Of a DNA stretch of 63,924 nt, positions 17,923 through 31,200 are shown piece by piece. The stretch comes from Paludibacter sp. Its GTDB lineage: Bacteria; Bacteroidota; Bacteroidia; Bacteroidales; Paludibacteraceae. The number at the start of each line of letters is the position of its first letter. Within the stretch, counting starts at the first letter, position 1. Made by a program: the position numbers and the translations under genes. Below the pieces are notes generated by a model, which did not search any database, had not been told where the DNA came from, and worked only from the letters and a program-made list of their open reading frames with translations. Where the stretch lies: NCBI GenBank assembly GCA_020049335.1, contig JAIFKX010000075.1, forward strand, positions 1-63,924, in the 5' to 3' direction.

Positions 17923-20565
17923 ATGAAATCTATATCAAAAATGAAAAAACAAAAATTGATTCTACTCGCTTTACTTGTACTGACTTTTGCTCAGTTGAAA
18001 GCTGCCATTAACCATCCTAGCCTGATAGTTACGAAAGATATGTATCCGGCTTTAAGAGCTAGTGGACGAAATACATCTCCAATACTTGCATCTACTATCG
18101 CATATTCTAATGCCAAATGGAATCAAGTGCCACCTACAGGTGCTAATAGTGACTGGTGGTCGTTTTATTACGCTACTCCGTTTTCGGCCAATGCCTTATT
18201 GTATGTGATAAATTATGACAATGAAACCTTAAAAGCCAACTATAGGAAAGCAACTGTATCTCTGCTTCAAAGAATTCATGAAATGTACCCAATTATAGCA
18301 AATGGAGATCATGAGAATTCAGTTTTATCAGCGGGTGCTTTTGTGAATGCCGTTCTTGCCGTAGATATTATGCACGATGATTTTACCCAACGCGAACTTT
18401 TTGTCTGTGATTCGATTATAGATGATTTATCCAAGGTATTCATTAATAGGGTTTTTATTTCAGGTCGTTTCAAAGGACAAGTGCAGAATTGGGGAACTGC
18501 TTGGAAAGGTGCAAACTTGGTTTATTATTTATATAAAGACAAAAAAGATTCTATTCCGACTGCCATTGATCAATATAAAGAAGATATATTAGAATTCCAA
18601 TTGTGCAGCGATGGTAGCTGGATAAACACGCCCGGATATTGGCATGCCCGATTGGCACAAGACAGGGTGGCAAAATGGTGCGGTATTGATATTCTGCCGT
18701 TTATGGGTTATTATAATTTTTACACCGACCCCAAAATGATTAAAACAATGGATTGGTGCAATACTTTTTCATTGACTCCATGGGGAGCATCACCACGATT
18801 GGGTGAAACGGGTAGCGGTGGGTCAGCAGGTGCTTTGTCTTCGAATGGTCTTATGTACAGAATGAGTCAGTGGAGCGAAAAAGCAGCTTCGAATGCATCT
18901 TGGCTATTAAGTACAACTAATCCTGATACAAGAACATCAATGTTATTCACCTATTTGTTAACCCCAATCACAAGAGCTACCCCCATTATGCCCGCATCGG
19001 CACTTTTCAAATTCTCAGGCGCTACTTTTTGGGACAAGACTAATTCGACTGATGCTTTACAAGGTATATTGTATAATCCACAACGCGAAATTCCAAAAAC
19101 AACTCGCGAAACTATATGGCATTCTTCCGATGACGTGAACAGTGTTACTATTAGTGGGTACGGAGAATATCTGATTATGAATGCTGGAACGAACTATTAT
19201 CCGTCCTATCCTGGCAAAGCACCCGATGGTGGGCGATGGACTGAAGGTTGGAGACAGAATATTGTGTTGGTGGATGGAAAAACTACATTTTTGGACAAAG
19301 GTGGAAATGGATTAACCGATGTTTATGGATTGAAAGATGTGAATAACGTGAAAATCGGTCACGGTTTGGTGGGTGGAGCGGTTGAATTTGCAGAGGCCGA
19401 TATACCATTTACTGCAACTGGTAATTCAAATCACTGGCGGACATTGTTTTTTGTGCAACCAGTAGCCGGACAATCAAACGGTTACTTTTTGATGCGCGAT
19501 AAAGTGCAGTCGAACCCAGCTAAGGTAGTAACCATGTTGTTGCACCCCAATTCACAAACTGGTTTTGTGAAGAACATTCAGGATAAAATGGAATATCAGG
19601 CATCAATCAATGGTTTTGTTACAGACTATACAAATGGAACTGAGAAAATCAATGTTTTTTATGCCACTGCGCCCGATAGTGTAAATATCAGACAATGTTG
19701 GGTTGGCTCGTTTGGTGCCAATACAAATATTGGCATTGTGGGGAAAGAACATAATTTATTGGGCGATTATTTACGGGCTTGCTACAAAACAGGTACCGAT
19801 GGGTTTGTACGATTTGGTACCGTACTTTTCCCACAGGATTATTTGCATACTAAAGCTACTTTTAGCCGCATTAGCAATACCGCTTATTCGGGCTCTCAAA
19901 TTACACACAATGCCAATTTTATTGATTATTTTATCGTACCCAATGCATCTGTAGAAAACATCTACACTACCTACACTTTTAATGGCGAAAGTGTATTTTA
20001 TCGCAACAATAAAGGTTTATTGACGAATTACGTGGTAGCTAATGGCAAGAAATTTAATGATGGTGCCACCATTTCCACAGGGTTTTCTGCCGACAAGAAT
20101 ATCAGTATTCAGATGGACGACAGGATAGGTTCAATAATTTCGGCGGGTGCAAAGGTCACTTTCAGCTACAATGGTATTTTAAATGTAAAACTGGACAATG
20201 TGCTATTGACAAATGTAAGTTCAACTTCCAATTCAGTAACCGTTGATATTACAGCCGGAAAACACAGCATCGAATTGGTATCGTCTGTTCCCAATGCCCT
20301 ATCCGAATTAAAAGCCGATAATCCAATTTCGGTTCGTTACAATAATTCAAATTTAAAAGAAATAATTATTCAGAACAAAAATGCCAGCAATCAGGATTTT
20401 GAATTTACCTTGAATGACTTGCAAGGCAGAAAAATACTTGATAAAAAGTTGTCATTTCTTACTGTCGATAATGCAATAAATGTTCAGGGTTTCAGCAAAG
20501 GGATTTATTTGTGGACATTGAAAACAAAGGATTTCGGTTATAGTGGTAAAGTGTTGTTGAATTAG
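17923..20565 (+). CDS. Heparinase II/III-fold polysaccharide lyase-like protein with T9SS C-terminal domain (paralog A; likely start 17941)
   Basis: HPSLIVT, NWGTAW, DGSW...PGYW alpha-toroid motifs, H..DD.NS / GYGEYLI / WRQNIVLVDG beta-domain, CTD DLQGRKI...KGIYLWTLK. Confidence 0.7.
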   Translation: MKSISKMKKQKLILLALLVLTFAQLKAAINHPSLIVTKDMYPALRASGRNTSPILASTIAYSNAKWNQVPPTGANSDWWSFYYATPFSANALLYVINYDNETLKANYRKATVSLLQRIHEMYPIIANGDHENSVLSAGAFVNAVLAVDIMHDDFTQRELFVCDSIIDDLSKVFINRVFISGRFKGQVQNWGTAWKGANLVYYLYKDKKDSIPTAIDQYKEDILEFQLCSDGSWINTPGYWHARLAQDRVAKWCGIDILPFMGYYNFYTDPKMIKTMDWCNTFSLTPWGASPRLGETGSGGSAGALSSNGLMYRMSQWSEKAASNASWLLSTTNPDTRTSMLFTYLLTPITRATPIMPASALFKFSGATFWDKTNSTDALQGILYNPQREIPKTTRETIWHSSDDVNSVTISGYGEYLIMNAGTNYYPSYPGKAPDGGRWTEGWRQNIVLVDGKTTFLDKGGNGLTDVYGLKDVNNVKIGHGLVGGAVEFAEADIPFTATGNSNHWRTLFFVQPVAGQSNGYFLMRDKVQSNPAKVVTMLLHPNSQTGFVKNIQDKMEYQASINGFVTDYTNGTEKINVFYATAPDSVNIRQCWVGSFGANTNIGIVGKEHNLLGDYLRACYKTGTDGFVRFGTVLFPQDYLHTKATFSRISNTAYSGSQITHNANFIDYFIVPNASVENIYTTYTFNGESVFYRNNKGLLTNYVVANGKKFNDGATISTGFSADKNISIQMDDRIGSIISAGAKVTFSYNGILNVKLDNVLLTNVSSTSNSVTVDITAGKHSIELVSSVPNALSELKADNPISVRYNNSNLKEIIIQNKNASNQDFEFTLNDLQGRKILDKKLSFLTVDNAINVQGFSKGIYLWTLKTKDFGYSGKVLLN

Positions 20566-20740
20566 GATAAATTGCGGGGAACAGAAATTAGTGTTGATAA
20601 TTACAATATCAGATTGGTTGTTTTTCAGAGACGAAACTAATCAACACCCCGCAATTTATCCCGACGCAGACGGGAGGTGCTTGGGGCGGAAATATGCAAA
20701 ATTAGCTTGACGGCTATGCCCCTTCGGGGGTTTGGGGGTC
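20565..20740. repeat. 15-bp inverted repeat plus host-type REP cassette
   Basis: GGATAAATTGCGGGG (20565-20579) / CCCCGCAATTTATCC (20647-20661); 20679-20724 matches 7231-7276 at 45/46 nt. Confidence 0.8.
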
Positions 20741-20862
20741 GGAAATGAAATTAATATAAAACTGAGAAAAATGTATAACATTTCAACTTAGCGTTCAAAA
20801 TACGACATTATATTTGTTTTAGTACTTAACAAATCCATCATTAAATAATTTCAATTGCTTAA

Positions 20863-23997
<3,135 letters not shown>

Positions 23998-24033
23998 GTA
24001 ATTAGCAATAAATAATGTGCCAATTAAAATACA

Positions 24034-26661
24034 ATGAAAAAGACAAAATTAGTTCTACTTGCTTTACTTGTACTGACTTTTGCTCAATTGTCAGCCATTA
24101 ACCATCCTGGCCTGATAGTTACAAAGGATATGTATCCGGCATTAAGAGCTAGCAACAGGTCTACATCTGTTCCATTTACCTCTTTTATAGGTAGTGCTTC
24201 GTATTATTGGAAAACAACTGTTCCTGCCACAACACCCAATACAAATTATTGGGGTACATTCACACAAATTTTTGCGGCGCAATCCCTTCATTACATTTTA
24301 AATTACGACAACGAAATATTAAAAAATTCCATTAGAGATTCCACTGTTAAGCTCATCAAAAGATTACCAGAACAAAATTCTATTTTACACAACGGTGAAC
24401 ATCTAAACTCGGTTTATGCAGCTGGAGCATTTGTGAATGCAATTATTGCCTTGGATATTATGCACGATGATTTTTCAGCAACACAATTATCAGAAGCAGA
24501 AGCTGTAATTGATAATCTAGCCATATCATTTATTAATCATAAATTCTTGTCGGGATCATCTAAAGGTAAAGATATTGCTTGGAGTTTATCGTGGAAGGGT
24601 GCAAACGTAGTTTATTACTTGTACAAAGATGATAAAATAAATATTCAGACGGCAGTGGATACCTATAAATATGAACTTTTGAATAGGGATATGTGTAGTG
24701 ATGGTACTTGGCTCCAAACACCAGGGTATTGGCATGCACGACTTTCGGGAGATAGAATTGCAAAATGGTGTGCTACTGAAATTCTTACATTTATGGGTAT
24801 TTATGATTTTCATAACGATACAAGAATGATTCAAACCATGGATTGGGCGAATACTTTTTCACTTACTCCATGGGGTAGTGCACAACGGTTTGGAGACTCC
24901 GGAAATATTCCCGAAATGCTATCGAGGGATGGCTTGATGTACAGAATGAGCTTGTTTAGCGAGAAAGCCGGACAAAATGCAAACTGGTTTTTTGGTTCAA
25001 CTCACAACAATCCTTCAAATAATAATAACAATTTATTGTTTAATTATCTGCTAATTCCTCAGACAAAAGCAACACCTACAATGCCCACTTCATTGCTAAA
25101 ACCATTTTCCGGCGCCTCATTTTGGGATTGTTCAAATTCGACGAATGCAGTGCAGGGTATGCTTTATTCGCTCCAACGTGAGATACCTAAAACCACGATA
25201 GAAACAATTGAACATGCTCATCAAGACCAGAATAGCATTGCTGTAAATGGATATGGTGAATTCTTGATAATGAATTCAGGTACAAATTATTATCCCAACT
25301 ATCCAGGCACCAGACCTGATGGCGGAGGTTGGAGTGATGCTTGGCTTCAAAATGTGGTGTTAGTGGACGGTAAAAAAACTTTTATGGATTATGGTGGCAA
25401 TGGACTCACCGATACTTATGGTTTGAAAGATGCCAATGGCATTAAAGTTGGGCATGGTTTGGTAGGAGGAATGCTAGAGTTTGGCGAAACAGACATTCCC
25501 TTTACAACTACTGGAAACTCAAATCACTGGCGGACTCTGTTCTTTGTTCAGCCTGTGGATGGACAATCAAACGGTTACTTCTTGTTGAGGGATAAAGTGC
25601 AGTCCAACCCCAGCAAAGTGGTAACCATGATGTTGCACCCAAATTCTCAAAAAGGGTATGTGAAGAATATTCAGGATAAAATGGAGTATCAGGGATCAAT
25701 TAACGGTTTCGTTACTGCCAGTACAAATGGATCTGAGAAAATCAATATTTTTTATGCTACCACACCTGATAGTGTAAATGTACGACAAGTATGGCGAGCT
25801 TCATTTGATGCACCAAACAATGCTGCTTCCACTATAGTGGCTGAACGGCATAATTTCTTGGCAGATTATTTACGTTCTTGCTACAAGACTGGTACAGATG
25901 GATTTGTGCGTTTTGCTACAGTTCTTTTTCCACAGGATAATTTGCATGCCAAAGCTACTTTTAGCCGCATTAGCAATACCGCTTATTCGGGAGCACAAAT
26001 TACACACAATGCCAATTTTATCGATTATTTTATTGTTCCCAATGCAGCAGTAGAAAATACATACGATACCTACACTTTTAATGGCGAAAGCGTATTTTAC
26101 CGTAACAACAAAGGTTTAATGACCAATTACGCGGTAGCTAATGGCAAGAAATTGAACGATGGTGCAACTATTCCCACTGGGTTTTCTGCGGACAAGAACA
26201 TAAGTATTCAAATGGATGACAGGACAGGTGCAATAATTTCAGCGGGTGCAAGAGTAACTTTCAGCTACAATGGTATTCTAAATGTGAAGTTGGACAATGT
26301 GCTATTGACCAATGTGAGTGTAACATCCAATTCAGTAACCGTTGATATTACAGCCGGAATACACAGCCTTGAATTGGTATCGTCATTTACCACGCTATCG
26401 GAGTTAAAAACCAATAATCCAATTTCAGTTCGTTACAATCGTTCAAGTTCAAAAGAAATAATTATTCAGAACAAAACTGTCAGCAATCAGGATTTTAAAT
26501 TTACATTGAATGATTTGCAAGGCAGAAAAATACTTGATAAGAAGTTGTCATTTCTCACTGTCGATAATGCTGTAAATATTCAGAATTTAAGCAATGGGAC
26601 ATATTTATGGACATTGAAAACAAAGGATGCTGGTTATTGTGGAAAGGCATTGATTAATTGA
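24034..26661 (+). CDS. Heparinase II/III-fold polysaccharide lyase-like protein with T9SS CTD (paralog B)
   Basis: Clear paralog of 17923; QRFGDSG and EHAHQDQNS (H-x-H-x-D Hepar_II_III motif); CTD. Confidence 0.75.
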   Translation: MKKTKLVLLALLVLTFAQLSAINHPGLIVTKDMYPALRASNRSTSVPFTSFIGSASYYWKTTVPATTPNTNYWGTFTQIFAAQSLHYILNYDNEILKNSIRDSTVKLIKRLPEQNSILHNGEHLNSVYAAGAFVNAIIALDIMHDDFSATQLSEAEAVIDNLAISFINHKFLSGSSKGKDIAWSLSWKGANVVYYLYKDDKINIQTAVDTYKYELLNRDMCSDGTWLQTPGYWHARLSGDRIAKWCATEILTFMGIYDFHNDTRMIQTMDWANTFSLTPWGSAQRFGDSGNIPEMLSRDGLMYRMSLFSEKAGQNANWFFGSTHNNPSNNNNNLLFNYLLIPQTKATPTMPTSLLKPFSGASFWDCSNSTNAVQGMLYSLQREIPKTTIETIEHAHQDQNSIAVNGYGEFLIMNSGTNYYPNYPGTRPDGGGWSDAWLQNVVLVDGKKTFMDYGGNGLTDTYGLKDANGIKVGHGLVGGMLEFGETDIPFTTTGNSNHWRTLFFVQPVDGQSNGYFLLRDKVQSNPSKVVTMMLHPNSQKGYVKNIQDKMEYQGSINGFVTASTNGSEKINIFYATTPDSVNVRQVWRASFDAPNNAASTIVAERHNFLADYLRSCYKTGTDGFVRFATVLFPQDNLHAKATFSRISNTAYSGAQITHNANFIDYFIVPNAAVENTYDTYTFNGESVFYRNNKGLMTNYAVANGKKLNDGATIPTGFSADKNISIQMDDRTGAIISAGARVTFSYNGILNVKLDNVLLTNVSVTSNSVTVDITAGIHSLELVSSFTTLSELKTNNPISVRYNRSSSKEIIIQNKTVSNQDFKFTLNDLQGRKILDKKLSFLTVDNAVNIQNLSNGTYLWTLKTKDAGYCGKALIN

Positions 26662-26698
26662 AATTTTTGATTTGTATTGAAACTAAATAATATTCCTA

Positions 26699-28837
26699 AT
26701 GAAAAAAACATTTCTATTGCTTATTAGCATCATTCTATTACCCTATTTCTCTACCCTACATGCACAAGAAAAAGCTCCTGAAAACAGTTATCATCAGTAT
26801 TTCGGAGTTCAGGAATTTGTAAACCGTTGTCCGGATAGAGCCAAGCGCTTAAAAGCAACCGTGAATTTGAATTTGAAAGAATTAAGTGCAGTAAAAGCGG
26901 GGTATGCAAAAAGCGATGCTGAAGGAATGAAAGCATTAATTCAATACTATCAATCATCGGCTGCTGGCGAAGTGGAAAGAAAAAAAACGACTATAAATGC
27001 TGCATTGAAAGCAGGTTTATCACAAAACCTTTCGAAATACAGTGAAAGAGTTTCCGTTACTTTCGACAGTAATGCATATTTGGCCGAACGGTATGCCAAA
27101 GCGGTAAAAGCCGTAGAAAATTGGCATAAAACCTACAAGCCAACTTCAAAAGCAGAAATTGAAAGTGGATTATTTTACCTGCTTGACAACAAACCACAAG
27201 TGTATTATGCTGGCAGAGTGGCTCAACTGAACAATGTTTATTGGACATCCTTGAACGTTGCTATTCGTATGGATGCTTTCGTGAAAATATTTTACAGTTA
27301 CATTCAACACCCATTAAAAGAAGACGGTATTGCGCTTTTACTATTAAGTTACATAGAGGAACAAGCCGAATTTATCAATGTACATGGGGCAACTGGAGAG
27401 GGGAATTGGACAACTGGTGAATCGGCAATTTTTCTCAATCTCGCCGTGAATTTTCCTGAGTTCAAAAATGCAGCCGATTGGAAAAAAGTGAGTTCAGGTC
27501 GTTTCTTACACAACTTAACCACCGATTTTTATGCCGATGGTGCGCAAACCGAATTGTCCTTACATTACGGGTATCTAACATATAGAACTTGTATGAATTT
27601 CAGGGATTTAATGATTCGTGCTGGATTAAAAGTCCCCGCAACTTTTAGTAGTCAGCTGAATGCCCAATTGACTTATAATGCCTGGTGTGCCTATCCAGAT
27701 GGTGCTTTGTTTCCTGCAGGCGATTCCAATTCAGAGAACAACGACCTCGCATCTGGGCTCGATTATGCAGAAAAAACAGGGAATGATGAAGCTTTGTATC
27801 TTTTTAGTAAAGGACAAAAAGGGAAAGCACCCAACGGTTTGCCATCCCGCTTGTTCGACTGGTCGGGCTATGCTGTGAGCCGAGATACTTTGCCGGTTGC
27901 CAACCAGTTCAGCTTTTTTGATATGGGGCCTTACGGTTCTGGTCATCAGCAACACGATGCATTGATGCTTTCTATTTACAACAAACGCAAAATTTTGGTG
28001 GATAATGGGCGCTATCATTATTTCTTGTATGATGGTTGGACAGAGTATTATTTCAAAGCCACACGCGGTCACAACACCGTAAGCATTGACAGTTGCACGC
28101 AGTTATTCCCCGATTGGCGTGTGGACAACGAAGCAATGAAAAAATATTATTACAGTCATTCCACCAAACCCATTGCCACCACCGAATACAAAATTACAAA
28201 GGATTTTGATTTTTTCAGAGGAATAACGCGCAACGGTTATATCGAAAATGATAAAGATGGCAAAGGATTTGGCGCTAGATTATTAGGCAAAAATGCACAC
28301 CGACGTGGTGTGTATTATAAACGTGGAAAATACTGGGTAGTATTGGATCAGGTATTCACCGACCAAAAACGTGATGTGACCACTTACTGGCACTTTCATC
28401 CAGATGTAAAAAAGGTGGAAATTTTAGCCAATCAAGCTCTTGTAACTTCCGATGCAGACAAAGGTAATTTATACATGCTTCCAATAAGAGGAAATGTATC
28501 GCCAACAGGAAAATTGTTTTTCGGGAACGAGGCATTGAAACAAGGATGGTATGCACCAAAATATGGAGAGAAAGTGCCGGCTTTTGCAGCTGAGTATTAC
28601 TGCAAAGGCGAGTCGTTGACTTGGTATGTGTGGCTGATTGTTCCGTTTGATGGAGAAAAATTACCCACAGTAAGCGGCGTGGCCACTGCACAAGGCGACG
28701 GAAAATATAGCATTCAGTTGAAAATTAACGAGCAACCGGATATGATAACTATTGACATGGGAGCCAAACCTCAGTTTGAAGAGGATAAATATAACGAAGG
28801 AATTGTTCCGGCATATATTATAACCCCCAACCCCTAA
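26699..28837 (+). CDS. Heparinase II/III family (PL12-like) lyase
   Basis: GNWTTGE, YADGAQTELSLHY, PDGALFPAGDS, FDMGPYGSGHQQHD, TRGHNTVSID, HRRGVYY...YWVVLD, YWHFHP. Confidence 0.88.
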   Translation: MKKTFLLLISIILLPYFSTLHAQEKAPENSYHQYFGVQEFVNRCPDRAKRLKATVNLNLKELSAVKAGYAKSDAEGMKALIQYYQSSAAGEVERKKTTINAALKAGLSQNLSKYSERVSVTFDSNAYLAERYAKAVKAVENWHKTYKPTSKAEIESGLFYLLDNKPQVYYAGRVAQLNNVYWTSLNVAIRMDAFVKIFYSYIQHPLKEDGIALLLLSYIEEQAEFINVHGATGEGNWTTGESAIFLNLAVNFPEFKNAADWKKVSSGRFLHNLTTDFYADGAQTELSLHYGYLTYRTCMNFRDLMIRAGLKVPATFSSQLNAQLTYNAWCAYPDGALFPAGDSNSENNDLASGLDYAEKTGNDEALYLFSKGQKGKAPNGLPSRLFDWSGYAVSRDTLPVANQFSFFDMGPYGSGHQQHDALMLSIYNKRKILVDNGRYHYFLYDGWTEYYFKATRGHNTVSIDSCTQLFPDWRVDNEAMKKYYYSHSTKPIATTEYKITKDFDFFRGITRNGYIENDKDGKGFGARLLGKNAHRRGVYYKRGKYWVVLDQVFTDQKRDVTTYWHFHPDVKKVEILANQALVTSDADKGNLYMLPIRGNVSPTGKLFFGNEALKQGWYAPKYGEKVPAFAAEYYCKGESLTWYVWLIVPFDGEKLPTVSGVATAQGDGKYSIQLKINEQPDMITIDMGAKPQFEEDKYNEGIVPAYIITPNP

Positions 28838-28863
28838 GCTAGATAAACCAGAACAAAGAATTA

Positions 28864-29065
28864 AGATTCACCACTGAGATACTAAGTACACTGAGATACA
28901 CTAAGAATATCAGTTGAACAAAGAACACTAAGAAAAAACATAAATGTTTTTTTATCTGCAATTGTTTCTCTATAAAACATTTATGTTTTATACTTAGTGG
29001 TCTATATTTGGTTGAAAATTAAACTTAGTGTATCTATGTGGTCTATGTGGACTAAGTGTTGAATC
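28864..29065. repeat. Approximately 200-bp imperfect palindrome with 9-nt periodic arms
   Basis: AGATTCA...GATACACTAAG / CTTAGTGTATC...TGAATCT outer arms and AAAACATAAATGTTTT / AAAACATTTATGTTTT inner arms. Confidence 0.75.
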
Positions 29066-29345
29066 TCTTAAATTTTAATTGCGTAGCAATTTAATCTATA
29101 TAAAGTCTATTTGCGAAACAAAAGATTTGAACGCAAATTAAAGCAGCAAAATCTCAGATTTTTATGCAATGTAGTTAGCTGATATAATGACTTATATTGA
29201 AATATTATGCCAGGAAATACACGAATTTGAAAGATAAGGTACTAAAGAAGATTTCAAAACACAGTTTGTACAAATAAATGATAATCAAATTAACTAACTT
29301 CTCTCTTTTCCCCCTTCGGGGGGCAGGGGGCTAATTTTAAACATT

Positions 29346-30965
29346 ATGAAATTTTACACATTAACAGCATTACTCTTATTATCGACATTAACTTTATCTG
29401 CAAGTAAACCTGCAAGTAAACCACAACCAACCAACGATACCTGCTGGTGGGTAGGAATCACGGCACTCGGTGATGTTATGCCCGTAAGTAAAAACTTCAA
29501 GGGAAATATAATTGCCGATTCCTATGGTAATCAGGTGCAACCGCTTCTATTATCCAACAAAGGTGATGTGGTGTGGAGTGAAGAACCTTTTGAAGTGAAA
29601 ATAGAAAATGGAAAAGTGGATATCCTTCAAGCAAAAGGAGAAATAATTAAAACAAAAGCAGGTAACAGCTTAAAAGAAGCCTACTTATATGCTTCCAATC
29701 ATTATTTTCCTTCACAACACAAATTACCTGATGCAACCCTTTTTTCTGCTCCGCAATACAATACCTGGATAGAATTGATGTACAACCAAAATCAGGCAGA
29801 CATTCTGAAATATGCCCATGCCATTATCGACAATGGTTTTCCTGCTGGTGTGCTGATGATAGATGACAACTGGCAGGAAGATTACGGCAAATGGAATTTC
29901 CATGCTACCCGTTTCCCAAATCCGAAAGCCATGATACAAGAACTTCACGGCTTGGGATTTAAAGTCATGCTGTGGGTATGTCCCTTTGTGAGTGCCGATT
30001 GCGATGTGTATCGCGACTTGGTCTCAAAAGGAGCTTTCTTGAATTCCGAATCAAAAACAGTGAACAACAGCACATTGCCCACGCTCGATTTTAGGGGAAA
30101 CGTGAAACCCGAAATGGTTGCATGGTGGAACGGATTGAGCGCAGTGCTCGATTTGTCGAACCCCATTGCCGAGCAATGGTTCAAGGGAGAATTGAAGAAA
30201 CTGCAAACCAACTATGGTATTGATGGTTTCAAATTCGATGCCGGCGATGCTGAATTTTATGCCAGAGGTACTAGCAAAGGGAAGGTTTCGGCCAATACGC
30301 AGACCGAACTTTTCGGAAAGATAGGACTTGACTTTCCGCTCAACGAATACCGCGCGATGTGGAAAATGGGCGGACAACCGCTGGTGCAACGCTTGAGGGA
30401 CAAAGCGCACAGCTGGTCGGATTTGCAAAAACTGGTACCGTCGATGATGGTGCAGGGCTTAATGGGCTATTATTACAATTGCCCCGATATGATAGGTGGA
30501 GGCGACTTTACTTCTTTCCTATCTGTTAGTAAAATAGATGAAGAATTAATCGTGCGTTCGGCACAATGTCATGCGTTGATGCCCATGATGCAATTCTCGG
30601 TGGCTCCGTGGCGTATTTTGAGTGCCGAAAACTTGAAAGCGGTAAAAGCAGCTGTTCAGCTTCGTCAGAAATTCTCAGCCTATATTTTGACTGCTGCAAA
30701 AAACACTGCTGCTACAGGTATTCCAATCATTCGACCACTTGAGTTCGATTATCCCAATCGGGGATATGAAAATATTAGCAACCAGTTTTTATTAGGCGAT
30801 TCTTTATTGGTAGCACCAATAGTTGACAAAGGAATTAGCTCCCTGAAAATAATGTTGCCCCAAGGAAACTGGAAATATAAAAGTGGGAAAGTTTTCAAAG
30901 GAAATAGGCAAATTGAAGTGGCGGTAACGATAGCCGATTTGCCCTATTTTGAACGTGTAAAATAA
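29346..30965 (+). CDS. GH31 glycoside hydrolase (short alpha-galactosidase-type subgroup likely)
   Basis: PQYNTWIEL, GVLMIDDNWQ, DGFKFDAGD (nucleophile), CPDMIGGG (acid/base), MMQFSVAPW, QFLLGDSLLVAP. Confidence 0.88.
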   Translation: MKFYTLTALLLLSTLTLSASKPASKPQPTNDTCWWVGITALGDVMPVSKNFKGNIIADSYGNQVQPLLLSNKGDVVWSEEPFEVKIENGKVDILQAKGEIIKTKAGNSLKEAYLYASNHYFPSQHKLPDATLFSAPQYNTWIELMYNQNQADILKYAHAIIDNGFPAGVLMIDDNWQEDYGKWNFHATRFPNPKAMIQELHGLGFKVMLWVCPFVSADCDVYRDLVSKGAFLNSESKTVNNSTLPTLDFRGNVKPEMVAWWNGLSAVLDLSNPIAEQWFKGELKKLQTNYGIDGFKFDAGDAEFYARGTSKGKVSANTQTELFGKIGLDFPLNEYRAMWKMGGQPLVQRLRDKAHSWSDLQKLVPSMMVQGLMGYYYNCPDMIGGGDFTSFLSVSKIDEELIVRSAQCHALMPMMQFSVAPWRILSAENLKAVKAAVQLRQKFSAYILTAAKNTAATGIPIIRPLEFDYPNRGYENISNQFLLGDSLLVAPIVDKGISSLKIMLPQGNWKYKSGKVFKGNRQIEVAVTIADLPYFERVK

Positions 30966-31074
30966 TTCGGAATGATTTTTTTGCACTAAAATCATTTATT
31001 TCCGTAGAAAATCATTCAAAAAGCAAATTATTTTCAATTTTAAAACATTGATTATCTGATAAATAAAAACCTGC

Positions 31075-31137
31075 GTACAATTTTACACGAATACAGATTA
31101 TTTTATACGTTTGCTTGTATCCACATTACTATTTTTG
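31075..31137 (+). promoter_or_regulatory. Putative HTCS-activated promoter 2
   Basis: GTACAATTTTACACGAATACAGATTATTTTATAC then TATTTTTG at 31130-31137. Confidence 0.7.
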
Positions 31138-31200
31138 TATCGAATTAAATCCAATCAATACAATATTCTTAATTTAAAAAACTTTTAAAACAATATCAAA

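Noticed and set aside
28824-28837. Half REP (CCCCCAACCCCTAA) as a possible attR complementing the truncated repeat at 9970-9985
   Set aside because: It is in inverted orientation and mid-PUL with co-oriented genes on both sides; it is better explained as another decayed REP that supplies the lyase stop codon
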